DNA from: Candidatus Kaiserbacteria bacterium RIFCSPHIGHO2_01_FULL_53_29
GTDB taxonomy: Bacteria > Patescibacteriota > Minisyncoccia > Phycocordibacterales > UBA2100
NCBI GenBank assembly: GCA_001781125.1
Contig: MFKT01000021.1
Coordinates: forward strand, 5,178 to 69,177
Direction of reading: 5' to 3'
DNA length: 64,000 nucleotides
In this document: piece by piece, positions 45,839-55,137 of the stretch
Position numbering within the stretch: position 1 is the stretch's first letter
Layout of the letters: each line of letters begins with the position of its first letter
Made by a program: the position numbers and the translations under genes
The notes under the pieces: model-generated
What the model was told of the DNA's origin: nothing
Database searches by the model: none
The model's input: only the letters and a program-made list of their open reading frames with translations

Positions 45839-47249
45839 ACCACTTATCGCAGTCAGTTCGGTCGACGGACGCTACCGCACCTATGCGGATATGCTGTACA
45901 CGTCGATCAGCGAATTTGCCCTCATCCGGAATCGTGTGCGCGTGGAATGTGAATATTTGATAACGCTTTCGGAAACAAAAAGTATCGGAATCCGCGCCTT
46001 GAACCCGGAAGAAAAGAAAATGCTCCAGAAGATTGTGGCCGATTTTTCTCTCGACGATGCGCATATCGTCAAAAAGATAGAGCAGGATGGATTCGAGAGT
46101 ATTCCCGCCACGAATCACGACATGAAAGCTGTTGAGTACTTTATCAAGGGAAAACTGGCGAAAACCTCTCTTGCCGATGTTTCCGAGTGGATTCATTTCG
46201 GACTCACATCAGAAGACGTCGACAACATTGCCTACGCCCTCATGATCCGCTCGGCTCTTGACGAGGCGATTTTGCCCGCTCTCGATATCGTAGAGAAGTC
46301 GCTCGAAGGACTTGCCCGTGAGCATGCAGGAAGTGCCATGCTTGCGCGCACCCACGGCCAGCCCGCCTCGCCGACGACGTTCGGGAAGGAAATGCGAGTA
46401 TTTGAGGCGAGACTTTCGCGGCAACTCCAGCAGCTCAAGGAACGGTCTCTGTTGGTGAAGTTGGGTGGCGCGACAGGGAATTACAATGCGCATGCGGTGG
46501 CCGCGCCCGACGTGGATTGGCAGAAGTTCGCCCAAACGTTCGTTGCCTCGTTCAACCCTACTTCGCACGAGGCTTCGAAGGGCACAGCAATAAATCTTGA
46601 GCTCAACGGCGTAACGACACAGATAGAACCGCACGATACTTACGCGGAACTCTTCGACAACATGCGGCGCATCAATACGATACTCATCGGATTTTCGCAG
46701 GATATGTGGCGCTACATCAGCGATGGTTGGATCATACAGACTCCTAAGCTCGGCGAGGTTGGTTCCTCAACGATGCCGCACAAAGTGAATCCAATAGATT
46801 TCGAGAATGCGGAAGGGAACTTGGGTGTGGCAAACGCGCTCTTCGAGCATTTCTCGCGCAAACTGCCTATCTCGCGCCTACAACGGGATCTTTCGGATTC
46901 GACCGTGAAGCGCACATTCGGCCTCGCATTCGCGCACTCATACATCGGATATCGTGTGCTTGCGAAGGGCTTGGCGAAAGTCAGCGTGAATACCGAAGCC
47001 ATGCTTAAAGAGCTCCAAACCCACCCGGAAGTGCTCGCGGAAGCCATCCAAACGATGCTTCGCCGCGAAGGCGTCGAGGTACCCTATGAAAAACTCAAAG
47101 ACCTCACGCGCGGTCGGCAGGTAACGCTCGACGACTTCACGAAGTTCATTGACGCTCTCTCCGTAAGCGACGAAGCAAAAAAACGTCTCAAAGCGCTGCG
47201 ACCCGAAAATTACATCGGACTTGCCGAAAAGATCGCCAAGGGCCAATAA
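45828..47249 (+). CDS. purB: adenylosuccinate lyase PurB
   Basis: Fumarate-lyase signature SSTMPHKVNPIDFENAEGN. Confidence 0.85.
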   Translation: MPLEPLIAVSSVDGRYRTYADMLYTSISEFALIRNRVRVECEYLITLSETKSIGIRALNPEEKKMLQKIVADFSLDDAHIVKKIEQDGFESIPATNHDMKAVEYFIKGKLAKTSLADVSEWIHFGLTSEDVDNIAYALMIRSALDEAILPALDIVEKSLEGLAREHAGSAMLARTHGQPASPTTFGKEMRVFEARLSRQLQQLKERSLLVKLGGATGNYNAHAVAAPDVDWQKFAQTFVASFNPTSHEASKGTAINLELNGVTTQIEPHDTYAELFDNMRRINTILIGFSQDMWRYISDGWIIQTPKLGEVGSSTMPHKVNPIDFENAEGNLGVANALFEHFSRKLPISRLQRDLSDSTVKRTFGLAFAHSYIGYRVLAKGLAKVSVNTEAMLKELQTHPEVLAEAIQTMLRREGVEVPYEKLKDLTRGRQVTLDDFTKFIDALSVSDEAKKRLKALRPENYIGLAEKIAKGQ

Positions 47250-47288
47250 GAAAGAGGCCCGCAGTGCTTCATCTGGTTGAGTAGTCTC

Positions 47289-47681
47289 CTAGCCTGTAGC
47301 TCGCTCCTGGTTTTTATCTTCAGAACCCTCGTACGCTAGTGCAACGAGATACATATACCGGCGAGGATACCTGCTCGGCAAGTCGAGGAAGTCTTCTAGA
47401 AGCGCAGATAACTTCTCTTTATCTTTGGGTATTCGGAATTCGACCCCTTTTGCCACCGCGGGGTCATTTTCGTATTTGGAAATAAGACCGCTTGCAATCT
47501 CGTCTGGAGACAATCTCTCAGTTTTTTCTACCGCAACTGGTCCTCCTATTGAAATTGCGTTGTCGACTGCATCAAGGTTGTCAAGGATTCCCTCGGCATT
47601 CAGATCCGCTATCTCCCCAGGAAGGCGTTTTCCCAACTTGGGAAACCTCAGAACGTCCCCTGTTCCTCCTTCTCGGCTCAT
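47289..47681 (-). CDS. hypothetical protein
   Basis: 130-aa ORF with no recognisable motif; possibly not expressed. Confidence 0.25.
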   Translation of the reverse strand: MSREGGTGDVLRFPKLGKRLPGEIADLNAEGILDNLDAVDNAISIGGPVAVEKTERLSPDEIASGLISKYENDPAVAKGVEFRIPKDKEKLSALLEDFLDLPSRYPRRYMYLVALAYEGSEDKNQERATG

Positions 47682-47696
47682 ACTGCAAGTATACGC

Positions 47697-47762
47697 TATT
47701 GTTTGAGTCCCAATCCTGTGCGAATAAGGTACCAGTTGACTGCTGTGAGAACCGCTATTCCA
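47697..47762 (-). pseudogene. diverged duplicate of the 3' end of the ABC-2 permease gene (fragment)
   Basis: Minus-strand translation ...IAVLTAVNWYLIRTGLGLKQ* matches the C-terminus of the permease at 48728..49510 (...LVAINWYLIRTGLGLKQ*). Shares the 19-mer CGAATAAGGTACCAGTTGA with 48751-48769. Confidence 0.45.
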
Positions 47763-47955
47763 CCCTCTCTTTCAAGCACGCTCTCCTCCATAAGGGAAGT
47801 CTAGCAAAATTCTGCTGTTGCAGCACTATCGTACGACCCACTTTTCTTAGATGAACACTTGGTGAAGGGGCCCGGTGATCGGTGTAAGCGTCCAAGAGGC
47901 GGATCGTCTTCATGATGCACAGGTTGTGCGCATTATAAACCAATAAAAAACACGT

Positions 47956-48660
47956 ATGATCAGCTTTATCAAACGTCAGAGTGCACGTATTGGAGCTACT
48001 GTTACATTGCTCTTTGCCGTTCTCGTTCTCGGCGTGCAGCATGCCCATGCGCAATATCAGTACGGCGCTACCCAACCGGCGAGTGGCGTTATTACCTCAA
48101 CTATGGATCCGGGTGACTCTGGAGGGAACGTGACCGCGCTCCAGATATTTCTCGCCAAGGACCCAGCCATCTATCCGGAAGGATCGGTGACGGGTTTCTA
48201 CGGGGCCCCTACCATGGTTGCTGTGCAGCGCTTCCAATGCAGACATGAAATTATCTGCGAGGGAGATGTTGCTTCGACTGGTTATGGCCGGGTAGGTCCT
48301 GTGACGCTTAGGGTGATTCAATCACTCCAGGGGTCAGTGTCGCTTCCGTTGCCCTTTACGCGTGCTGATGTATTTGCACCCGTCATGAGTACCGCGACAA
48401 TAACAGTGGCCTCAACGTCTGCGACCTTCCACTGGACGACGAATGAACCCGCAATGAGCGCGGTGCTCTATGGAAGTGCGTGGCCCTTCTACATCGGGAC
48501 AGCGCCGAGTGCGTGGGACAGAACAACAATGGATCTCTCTGCCAATGTAGTGGTGACGGGTCTCACGCCCAACACCACGTACCACTATGTCTTGCAATCT
48601 CTCGACGCCTCGGGGAATGTGCAATGGGACGTTGGAAGATCGTTTACCACCTTGCGGTGA
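47956..48660 (+). CDS. secreted protein with peptidoglycan-binding-like domain and FN3-like domain
   Basis: Signal peptide. GNVTALQIFLAKDP...GFYGAPTMVAVQRFQ. TFHWTTNEPAMSAVLYG...TGLTPNTTYHYVLQSLDASGN. Confidence 0.6.
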   Translation: MISFIKRQSARIGATVTLLFAVLVLGVQHAHAQYQYGATQPASGVITSTMDPGDSGGNVTALQIFLAKDPAIYPEGSVTGFYGAPTMVAVQRFQCRHEIICEGDVASTGYGRVGPVTLRVIQSLQGSVSLPLPFTRADVFAPVMSTATITVASTSATFHWTTNEPAMSAVLYGSAWPFYIGTAPSAWDRTTMDLSANVVVTGLTPNTTYHYVLQSLDASGNVQWDVGRSFTTLR

Positions 48661-48671
48661 GCGACCGCATC

Positions 48672-48714
48672 ACTCAATGCAAAATCCCGCCTCGAGCGGC
48701 ATTTTGCATTGAGT
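48672..48714. terminator. long perfect hairpin between convergent genes (bidirectional terminator candidate; no T-tract)
   Basis: ACTCAATGCAAAAT-cccgcctcgagcggc-ATTTTGCATTGAGT (14-bp stem). Confidence 0.45.
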
Positions 48715-48727
48715 CAACAAACGGTGT

Positions 48728-49510
48728 TCATTGTTTTAATCCTAGACCGGTACGAATAAGGTACCAGTTGATGGCGACGAGAGCTGCGATCATACCTACC
48801 AAGACCGCCAGCGATATCCAGAGAGAGATGTCGGCAATGCCTAAGAAGCCATAGCGGAAGCCGTTGACGAGGTAGAAAATCGGATTCACGAAGGTGGCGT
48901 ATTGTGCGATTTGCGGGAGCGAATGCACAGAATAAAAGACGCCGCCGAGATATACCAGAGGTGTCAAGACAAACGTGGGTACGAGATTGATGCCGTCGAG
49001 GGATTTTGCATACACGCCGTTGACCAAACCTGCGAGGGAGAATACGAGTGCGGTCATAACCGCGAAGAGGAAGATGATCGCGGAGTTGAAAAGCGAGATA
49101 TGGAGGCCGGTAAAAAAGATGGAAATGAGAAGCACGAGCGTACCAACCAATACGCCGCGCACGATGCCTCCCGATATGAATCCGGCGATGAGCAGCCACG
49201 GCGGAGTGGGCGAGACGAGTATCTCGTCGATGCCGCGGAAGAAGAATTTGGATTGGAAGAAGGTGAATGAGGTGTTGGAATAGGCGTTGGTCACGATAGC
49301 GAGCATCACGAGCCCTGGTACCACGAACGACATGTAGTCGACCCCCTGCATATCACCGATGCGCGAGCCGAGCACGGTGCCGAAAATAAGGAAATAGAGG
49401 CATGAGGTGATGACGCTCGGCAGGAAGGTCTGCACCCAAATGCGGAACATGCGCACCACATCCTTGCGGAGCATGGTGTAAAAAGAGATCCATTTCTGAT
49501 ACGAGTTCAT
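48728..49510 (-). CDS. ABC-2 type transporter permease
   Basis: Six TM segments; ABC-2 family. Start taken at MNSYQKWISFY, 4 nt downstream of the ATPase stop. Confidence 0.7.
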   Translation of the reverse strand: MNSYQKWISFYTMLRKDVVRMFRIWVQTFLPSVITSCLYFLIFGTVLGSRIGDMQGVDYMSFVVPGLVMLAIVTNAYSNTSFTFFQSKFFFRGIDEILVSPTPPWLLIAGFISGGIVRGVLVGTLVLLISIFFTGLHISLFNSAIIFLFAVMTALVFSLAGLVNGVYAKSLDGINLVPTFVLTPLVYLGGVFYSVHSLPQIAQYATFVNPIFYLVNGFRYGFLGIADISLWISLAVLVGMIAALVAINWYLIRTGLGLKQ

Positions 49511-49514
49511 ACGA

Positions 49515-50279
49515 TTACTTTTCGCTCGTGAGCTTGAGGAACACCTCCTCGAGCCGACCGCCGCGATACCCGTCTTTGGAAGGGGAGCCATCGTGATGCT
49601 TCGCGATGACCTCTTCCATGGTGCCGCTCGCCACGATCTCACCCTTGTTGATGATCGCGACATGCTTGCAGAGCTGCTCGGCCTCTTCGAGGTAGTGGGT
49701 CGTGAGTAAGATTGTGAGGCCGGAAGCGCTCAAGCCCGTAAGGTAATCCCACATGCCGCGCCGCAATTCCACGTCGACGCCCGCGGTCGGCTCGTCGAGG
49801 ATGAGGAATTTTGGTTCATTGACGAGCGCGCGCGCTATCATGAGGCGGCGCTTCATGCCGCCCGAAAGCGTCATGGCGTTTTGTTCCATTTTCTCTCCGA
49901 GGCCGAGATCAGTGAGAAGCTTTTTGGCACGGGGGATGGCCACGGAGCGGGGGATGCCATAGTAGCCGGCCTGATTCACGATGATGTTGAGGGTCTTCTC
50001 GAACGGGTTGAAGTTGACCTCCTGACCGACGAGGCCGATCTGCATTTTTGCCAGCTCTGTCTCTTTGTCTATATCATGCCCGAATACCGAGACTGTTCCG
50101 CTCGTTTTATTGACCAGTCCCGTCGTAATGCCGATGATGGTCGTTTTCCCCGCGCCATTGGGTCCCAAGAGCGCAAAAAAATCACCCTGCGGTATTTCGA
50201 GCGATACACCCTTCAGGGCCACCGTACCCGTCGCGTAGGTTTTCTTGAGGTCATGGATAGAGAGTGCGGGAGCTGGCAT
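49515..50279 (-). CDS. ABC transporter ATP-binding protein
   Basis: Walker A LGPNGAGKTT, signature LSGGMKRRL, Walker B LILDEPT. Confidence 0.85.
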   Translation of the reverse strand: MPAPALSIHDLKKTYATGTVALKGVSLEIPQGDFFALLGPNGAGKTTIIGITTGLVNKTSGTVSVFGHDIDKETELAKMQIGLVGQEVNFNPFEKTLNIIVNQAGYYGIPRSVAIPRAKKLLTDLGLGEKMEQNAMTLSGGMKRRLMIARALVNEPKFLILDEPTAGVDVELRRGMWDYLTGLSASGLTILLTTHYLEEAEQLCKHVAIINKGEIVASGTMEEVIAKHHDGSPSKDGYRGGRLEEVFLKLTSEK

Positions 50280-50281
50280 GG

Positions 50282-51007
50282 TTAGGATCTTAACAGATGT
50301 TCAAGGTAGAGGTATGTCTCTTTGTAATTTTTCACTGCCTTGACGGGAAGGATACCGATAACCGTTTCATCGTTGCCGCCGGGGAAAAGTGCATCGCCAA
50401 TGTAAATACAATCTTCCTTTTTCCAATCCATAGCTTCGATGAAAGCGGGAACGTTATAGCCTTTATTTTTACCAAGTTCGATAAGGTCGAGATTGGTAGT
50501 ACCCGCGATACGGATCTCCATATTCGCCGCTTTTAGCGTCTCCACTTCTTGCACAAGATCGCTGAGTAACTTACGCCGTTTCGCTTGATCGGGATCGAAC
50601 GCGTCCTTTTTTACTTGATTTTCGTGATGACCGATAAGCGAGAATGCGATCTGGGAACCCCGATCTTCCACGATGTCGTTTTCATCTCGTATTGTGTAGT
50701 TGAGATGTTTCTGCGCTTTCTCGATGAAGGTGCGTGCCGCATCTTTTTGCGCTTGCGAGAGTGGGCGCTTCCAGAGCACTCGTCCGTCCTTGGTCTGCGC
50801 AACGTTGCCATTTTGTCCCAATATATGATAAAGGCCTTCAAGCGCCAGCGTTAGATGCTTGCGAATATCGTTTTCGCCATGGCCGGAAACAACAGTGATG
50901 TCTGCTCGTTCGCCAAGCTTCTTCAAGACCGGTACATGCGCGGCCTCGATTAGGGCCTTGCTCGGCGTAAGGGTATTATCGAGGTCAAAGAAAAAATGTT
51001 TTGGCAT
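50282..51007 (-). CDS. HAD-IIB hydrolase, eukaryotic-type phosphomannomutase-like (paralogue 3)
   Basis: FFFDLDNTL, VVSGHGENDIRKHL, YIGDALFPGGNDETV. Confidence 0.6.
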   Translation of the reverse strand: MPKHFFFDLDNTLTPSKALIEAAHVPVLKKLGERADITVVSGHGENDIRKHLTLALEGLYHILGQNGNVAQTKDGRVLWKRPLSQAQKDAARTFIEKAQKHLNYTIRDENDIVEDRGSQIAFSLIGHHENQVKKDAFDPDQAKRRKLLSDLVQEVETLKAANMEIRIAGTTNLDLIELGKNKGYNVPAFIEAMDWKKEDCIYIGDALFPGGNDETVIGILPVKAVKNYKETYLYLEHLLRS

Positions 51008-51010
51008 TGT

Positions 51011-51556
51011 TTATAGGTTTTTGAGCGGCAAGCCACCGATGTAATCTGTCTTACCGAGGGCAACACCACTCTTGCGGAGTATCGAATAAGCGGTCACGAC
51101 GTGAAAGTAGAAGTTTGGCAGAAGATATTCGGTCGTGTATTCGAAGCCGGTGATGTACTTACCCGTGAAGTAGGGATAGGGGAGTGAAACTTTTCGCTCT
51201 TCCTGTCCGATAATTTGTTCGGGCTGTATCGTCTTGAGAAAATCCAGCGTTTTTTTGATGCGCTGCTGCAATTCGGCAATGGTTTTTTCTACATCTTCGT
51301 ATTTTGGGGGCTCGACTCCCGCCAAGCGCGCGGCCCCGCCTTTTGCATTGTCCGAGGCGATCTGGATCTGGCGGACCAGAGGGAATTGATCGAAGATGAG
51401 GCGGCTCTGTAGAAGCGCGTCCTCGAAGTACGAAGCGGGGCGTCGTTCGGTCGCATATGTAGCAGCGTGCACGGTGGCTTTATCGAGAATTTTGTCGAGC
51501 GCCGCGAGCGCTTTCATCATCGGCGGGATAGCAATCGTGTAGAGATCTGTCATGCG
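51011..51556 (-). CDS. DUF1993-like (DinB/YfiT-fold) protein
   Basis: LLPNFYFHVVTAYSILRKSG C-terminal motif. Start chosen at MTDLYTIAIP. Confidence 0.4.
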   Translation of the reverse strand, partial: RMTDLYTIAIPPMMKALAALDKILDKATVHAATYATERRPASYFEDALLQSRLIFDQFPLVRQIQIASDNAKGGAARLAGVEPPKYEDVEKTIAELQQRIKKTLDFLKTIQPEQIIGQEERKVSLPYPYFTGKYITGFEYTTEYLLPNFYFHVVTAYSILRKSGVALGKTDYIGGLPLKNL

Positions 51557-51560
51557 TTCT

Positions 51561-52142
51561 TTATATCTTATCACTCCGCTTTTCCCAATATGTTGCCGAT
51601 GCATTCACATAATCCGCGACTCTACGCTCCGCGGCGGCAGCGAGGCGCGTTACTAGCGTCACGCGTTCGGCTTCGCGGGAACCATTTTTGAACCATCGCT
51701 CCAGCTCGTCGATCTGTGCAGGATTTGAGAGTACCAAGCGCCTGCCTTTTGCTGCCGCGCGCAAAAGTGTGGGGCCCCCGATGTCTGTTTGTTCGATGAT
51801 ATCCTCGGGCGTTGAGGCAGGATCCGCAATCGTTTTTTCAAGGGGGTAGAGCGTCACATACACGAGCCCGATAGGCCGAATGCCGAGTCGGTCGAGTTCT
51901 TCGGAGTCTTCAGGCTTGGCGAGCAATGCCGCGTAGATCTTGCGCGCAAGTGTGACGACGCGGTGCCCAAGAATGGGCGGGCCGACCGTCTCGGCAATGT
52001 CGCGGCAGCTAAACCCGTTATCTCCGAGGAATTTGGTCGTTCCCGCCGACCCCCACAGAGACCAGTCATAGGTCGTAAGGACGCGCGCAAGGCGAAGCAG
52101 CGACTCGTCTTTTTCGTATGATGTGAGGAGTGCACGCTTCAT
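51561..52142 (-). CDS. stand-alone IMP cyclohydrolase (PurH N-terminal MGS-like domain) homologue, no AICAR transformylase domain
   Basis: KRALLTSYEKD...GSAGTTKFL...LVYVTLYPLEKT...EQTDIGGPTLLRAAAKG aligns with the PurH IMPCH domain. The GRVKTLHPK catalytic region is diverged (GHRVVTLARK). Confidence 0.6.
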   Translation of the reverse strand: MKRALLTSYEKDESLLRLARVLTTYDWSLWGSAGTTKFLGDNGFSCRDIAETVGPPILGHRVVTLARKIYAALLAKPEDSEELDRLGIRPIGLVYVTLYPLEKTIADPASTPEDIIEQTDIGGPTLLRAAAKGRRLVLSNPAQIDELERWFKNGSREAERVTLVTRLAAAAERRVADYVNASATYWEKRSDKI

Positions 52143-52243
52143 CCCGCTCTTTCTACGCCAATAATTGTTCCAGAGTGATTGATATAAGAAAGGGCGGGAT
52201 TCATGGGCGACATTGTAGCATAGGGAGGTGTGCCTGATATGAA

Positions 52244-53368
52244 TTAAATCCTGCGGGCCGAGAAATCCACCGCGATCTCATTGAGCACGTTTTTCGAGTT
52301 GGCTTCCTGCCCGATGATGCCACGGCCCGCGACCCCGGGGAGTGAGATCGACACGCTTGTGCCGCGCCCCACGGCGCTTCGCACGGTGATCTTGCCGTGA
52401 TGCATTTTCACCAGCTCGCTCACGATAGCAAGGCCGAGGCCCGAGCCACCTGCGCTTCTTGTGCGCGAAGGATCGCCGCGGTAAAAGGGCTCGAAGATGC
52501 GGTAGAGATCTTTGCGCGGGATCCCCGTTCCTGAATCTTGCACGATGAGCTCGACGTAGTTATTTGCCACTGGTTCCACACTGATGCGGATGTGTCCGTT
52601 GCGTGGCGTGTAGCTGATAGCGTTCTTCAAAAGATTACCCACGATCTGCGTCAGAGCAGTCGCGTTACCCCAGACGGTAACGTCGAGACCCTTCCTCACG
52701 GTGATCTGATGTTCACCGATCTTGGCAAGTTGCGAGAATTTCTGTACCGTATCGGTCACTACCGCCGAAAGGTCAACCGCGCTGAATTCAACGCGCTCCG
52801 GCCGCACCAGCGCCGAGAGGGAGACCAGGTTGTTGATGATCTCGGAGATGCGGTCAAGCTCTTCCACATTGCTCTCGAGTGTTGTCTTTAGCCCCGCGTC
52901 GACGTGAGTATCCAAGAGTGCGACCTCGGTATTCGTCTTGAGGATCGACAGTGGCGTGCGCAATTCGTGGGCGATGTTGCCGATGAATTGTTTTTGCGAA
53001 GCGAGCGCATTGCGCGTCGGGGCGAGCGTGATGCGTGCGATGATATAGCTGAAGAGAATGGTCGTGAGCGTGATGATGGCGACAATACCCCCGAGATTCC
53101 GCGTTTTGATATTCTGAAGTTCTCCCACGATCAAAGGGGCGGCCGCTTGGGGGTTTGAGGAAGCGGCGGCCTGTATGCCCTCTACGATCGCCGCAGAGAT
53201 GTTGTGGTAGAGCAGGCTAAAGGACGCCCCCACGATGCCGAGGATGACGAGGGCAAAGGCGATCTGCAGCGAGATGACATTGACTTCCGTGCGGAAGAAT
53301 GGATCGCGGCGGTATTTATTCAGCCAGCCGGTACCCAATTCCCCGAACCGTCTCAAGTACGCTACCAT
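52244..53368 (-). CDS. sensor histidine kinase (HisKA + HATPase_c)
   Basis: H-box AHELRTPL; N, G1 and G2 boxes (VQDSGTGI, GGSGLGLAIV); one N-terminal TM. Start uncertain: candidate Met codons overlap the upstream response-regulator gene. Confidence 0.75.
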   Translation of the reverse strand: MVAYLRRFGELGTGWLNKYRRDPFFRTEVNVISLQIAFALVILGIVGASFSLLYHNISAAIVEGIQAAASSNPQAAAPLIVGELQNIKTRNLGGIVAIITLTTILFSYIIARITLAPTRNALASQKQFIGNIAHELRTPLSILKTNTEVALLDTHVDAGLKTTLESNVEELDRISEIINNLVSLSALVRPERVEFSAVDLSAVVTDTVQKFSQLAKIGEHQITVRKGLDVTVWGNATALTQIVGNLLKNAISYTPRNGHIRISVEPVANNYVELIVQDSGTGIPRKDLYRIFEPFYRGDPSRTRSAGGSGLGLAIVSELVKMHHGKITVRSAVGRGTSVSISLPGVAGRGIIGQEANSKNVLNEIAVDFSARRI

Positions 53369-53990
53369 TCTCACCGTCACCAATTTTTCTTCGAAGATTT
53401 TTGACATGGACGTCTACAACATTGCTAAAGCCGGCATAGTTGAAATCCCACAAATGATTGAGCAGGTCTTCCCGATTTACGACCTGATTCGGGTGCCGCA
53501 TGAAGTATTCCAGAAGCCCGAATTCTTTGAGCGTGAGCGGGACTTCTTTGCCTTCCCGTGCAACTTTACGCTGTGCCGGATTGAGTTCGATATCGCCGAC
53601 CGTGAGCGTCTCTGGCAGCGTTTCGCTCGGTCGTCGCAAGAGGGCCTGAATGCGCGCGTTCAATTCTGCGAATGAGAACGGCTTGACCAGATAATCATCG
53701 GCGCCCGCGAGCAGGAGCTGCACTTTTGTATCGGTTTCCGCGCGCGCGGTAAGAATAAGGATGGGGAGGGTGATATTCATCTCACGCACCTGTTTGCATA
53801 TCTCGAGCCCGTCCATTGAGGGGAGCATGAGGTCGAGGATAACGAGGTCATAATCGCTCCGGTGGAGCGAAATGCGTGTGAAGGCTTTCTTGCCGTCATT
53901 GATAATGTCGGCGGTGTATCCCTCGTGCTCGAGCCCCTTCTTGAGCGCTTCTGCTAATTTTTGTTCGTCTTCTACGAGAAGTATTTTCAT
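53316..53990 (-). CDS. OmpR-family response regulator
   Basis: MKILLVEDEQ receiver with D in VILDLMLP; winged-helix C-terminus. Confidence 0.8.
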   Translation of the reverse strand: MKILLVEDEQKLAEALKKGLEHEGYTADIINDGKKAFTRISLHRSDYDLVILDLMLPSMDGLEICKQVREMNITLPILILTARAETDTKVQLLLAGADDYLVKPFSFAELNARIQALLRRPSETLPETLTVGDIELNPAQRKVAREGKEVPLTLKEFGLLEYFMRHPNQVVNREDLLNHLWDFNYAGFSNVVDVHVKNLRRKIGDGENGSVLETVRGIGYRLAE

Positions 53991-54187
53991 ATGTTTTGGC
54001 AGATTATTACACTGATAACCTAATTGTACAGCTTGGCATGAGAAAGATGAAGATTTCGTGATTCCTCTTAATGAAGACGCTGGTATGGCTCTTCCGTTAC
54101 ACATTTTTTGTGGTGCAATCTGACAATCCTAAAGAATGACGATCAGAGACGGATCGTGACCCTCCGTCGGCCCCGTGTCTCTACCGG

Positions 54188-54952
54188 TTATTTCACCGCC
54201 GAATCCGCTTTTATCATTTTGATCGCCTCGTGGACGGTCGTCATGAATTGCGCGGGGAAGATGATGGTGGAGTTTTTCTCGACCGATATTTCTGCCATGG
54301 TCTGGAGCGTGCGCAGCTGCAAGGCGACAGGATGCGCCTGCATGACGTCGGCCGCTTCGCCGAGCCGCTGCGCGGCCTGGAATTCACCCTCGGCTGCGAC
54401 GATCTTGGCGCGGCGTTCACGCTCGGCTTCTGCTTCCTTCGCCATGGCACGCTGCATGTTATCGGGAAGCGCGATGTCCTTGATCTCGACTGCCGTTACC
54501 TGCGCACCCCACGGCTCTGTGTGCGCGTCTATCATGGTCTTGATCTGTTCGTTGATCTTCGGGGTCTGCGAGAGAAGTTCGTCGAGGCTGAATTGACCGA
54601 CGATATTGCGAACGGTCGTCTGGGAGATCTGATTCGTCGCATTCTCGACATTCTCGATCTGGATGACCGACTTCTCCGGGTCGGTGACCTTGTAGTAGGC
54701 GACTGCGGCAATGTCGATGGAGACGTTGTCGCGGGTAATTATTTTCTGCGATGCTATCTGCATCGTGACGGTGCGCAATGATACGCGCTCCATACTTTGG
54801 AACGGCACGAAGATCATGGTGAGTCCCGGCTGACGCACACCGGTGAATTTGCCGAGAAGGAACACGACCCCGCGCTCGTATTGCCGCAAGATGCGGATGG
54901 AGCTCAAGAGGTAGACAACGATCGCGATGCCAACGTAGAGAGTCCAGTCCAT
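54188..54952 (-). CDS. SPFH/band-7 (stomatin/HflC-like) membrane protein
   Basis: N-terminal TM segment, SPFH domain, C-terminal coiled coil (AEAERERRAKIVAAEGEFQAAQ). Confidence 0.8.
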   Translation of the reverse strand: MDWTLYVGIAIVVYLLSSIRILRQYERGVVFLLGKFTGVRQPGLTMIFVPFQSMERVSLRTVTMQIASQKIITRDNVSIDIAAVAYYKVTDPEKSVIQIENVENATNQISQTTVRNIVGQFSLDELLSQTPKINEQIKTMIDAHTEPWGAQVTAVEIKDIALPDNMQRAMAKEAEAERERRAKIVAAEGEFQAAQRLGEAADVMQAHPVALQLRTLQTMAEISVEKNSTIIFPAQFMTTVHEAIKMIKADSAVK

Positions 54953-55002
54953 TCGTTGATTCTATCACAGACCATTATTTTTGTGCTATTCTTGCGCACA
55001 TG

Positions 55003-55136
55003 CCCGGCAGGACAATTTCGAATTGCTTTGACCGTGGCAGCTTCAAATGATAGACAAAAGTCTTACTTCGTGGGGCGATTTTGCATCAAGCTGGATATGA
55101 CTGCAGCAAGAACTATTCGAAATTGTACTAGCCGGG
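55003..55136. mobile_element. MITE-like element, family B, copy 2 (134 bp)
   Basis: Terminal inverted repeats CCCGGCAGGACAATTTCGAAT ... ATTCGAAATTGTACTAGCCGGG. Direct duplication (C/T)ATG at 54999-55002 and 55137-55140. The downstream ATG is the start of the cytidylyltransferase gene. Confidence 0.6.
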
Positions 55137-55137
55137 T

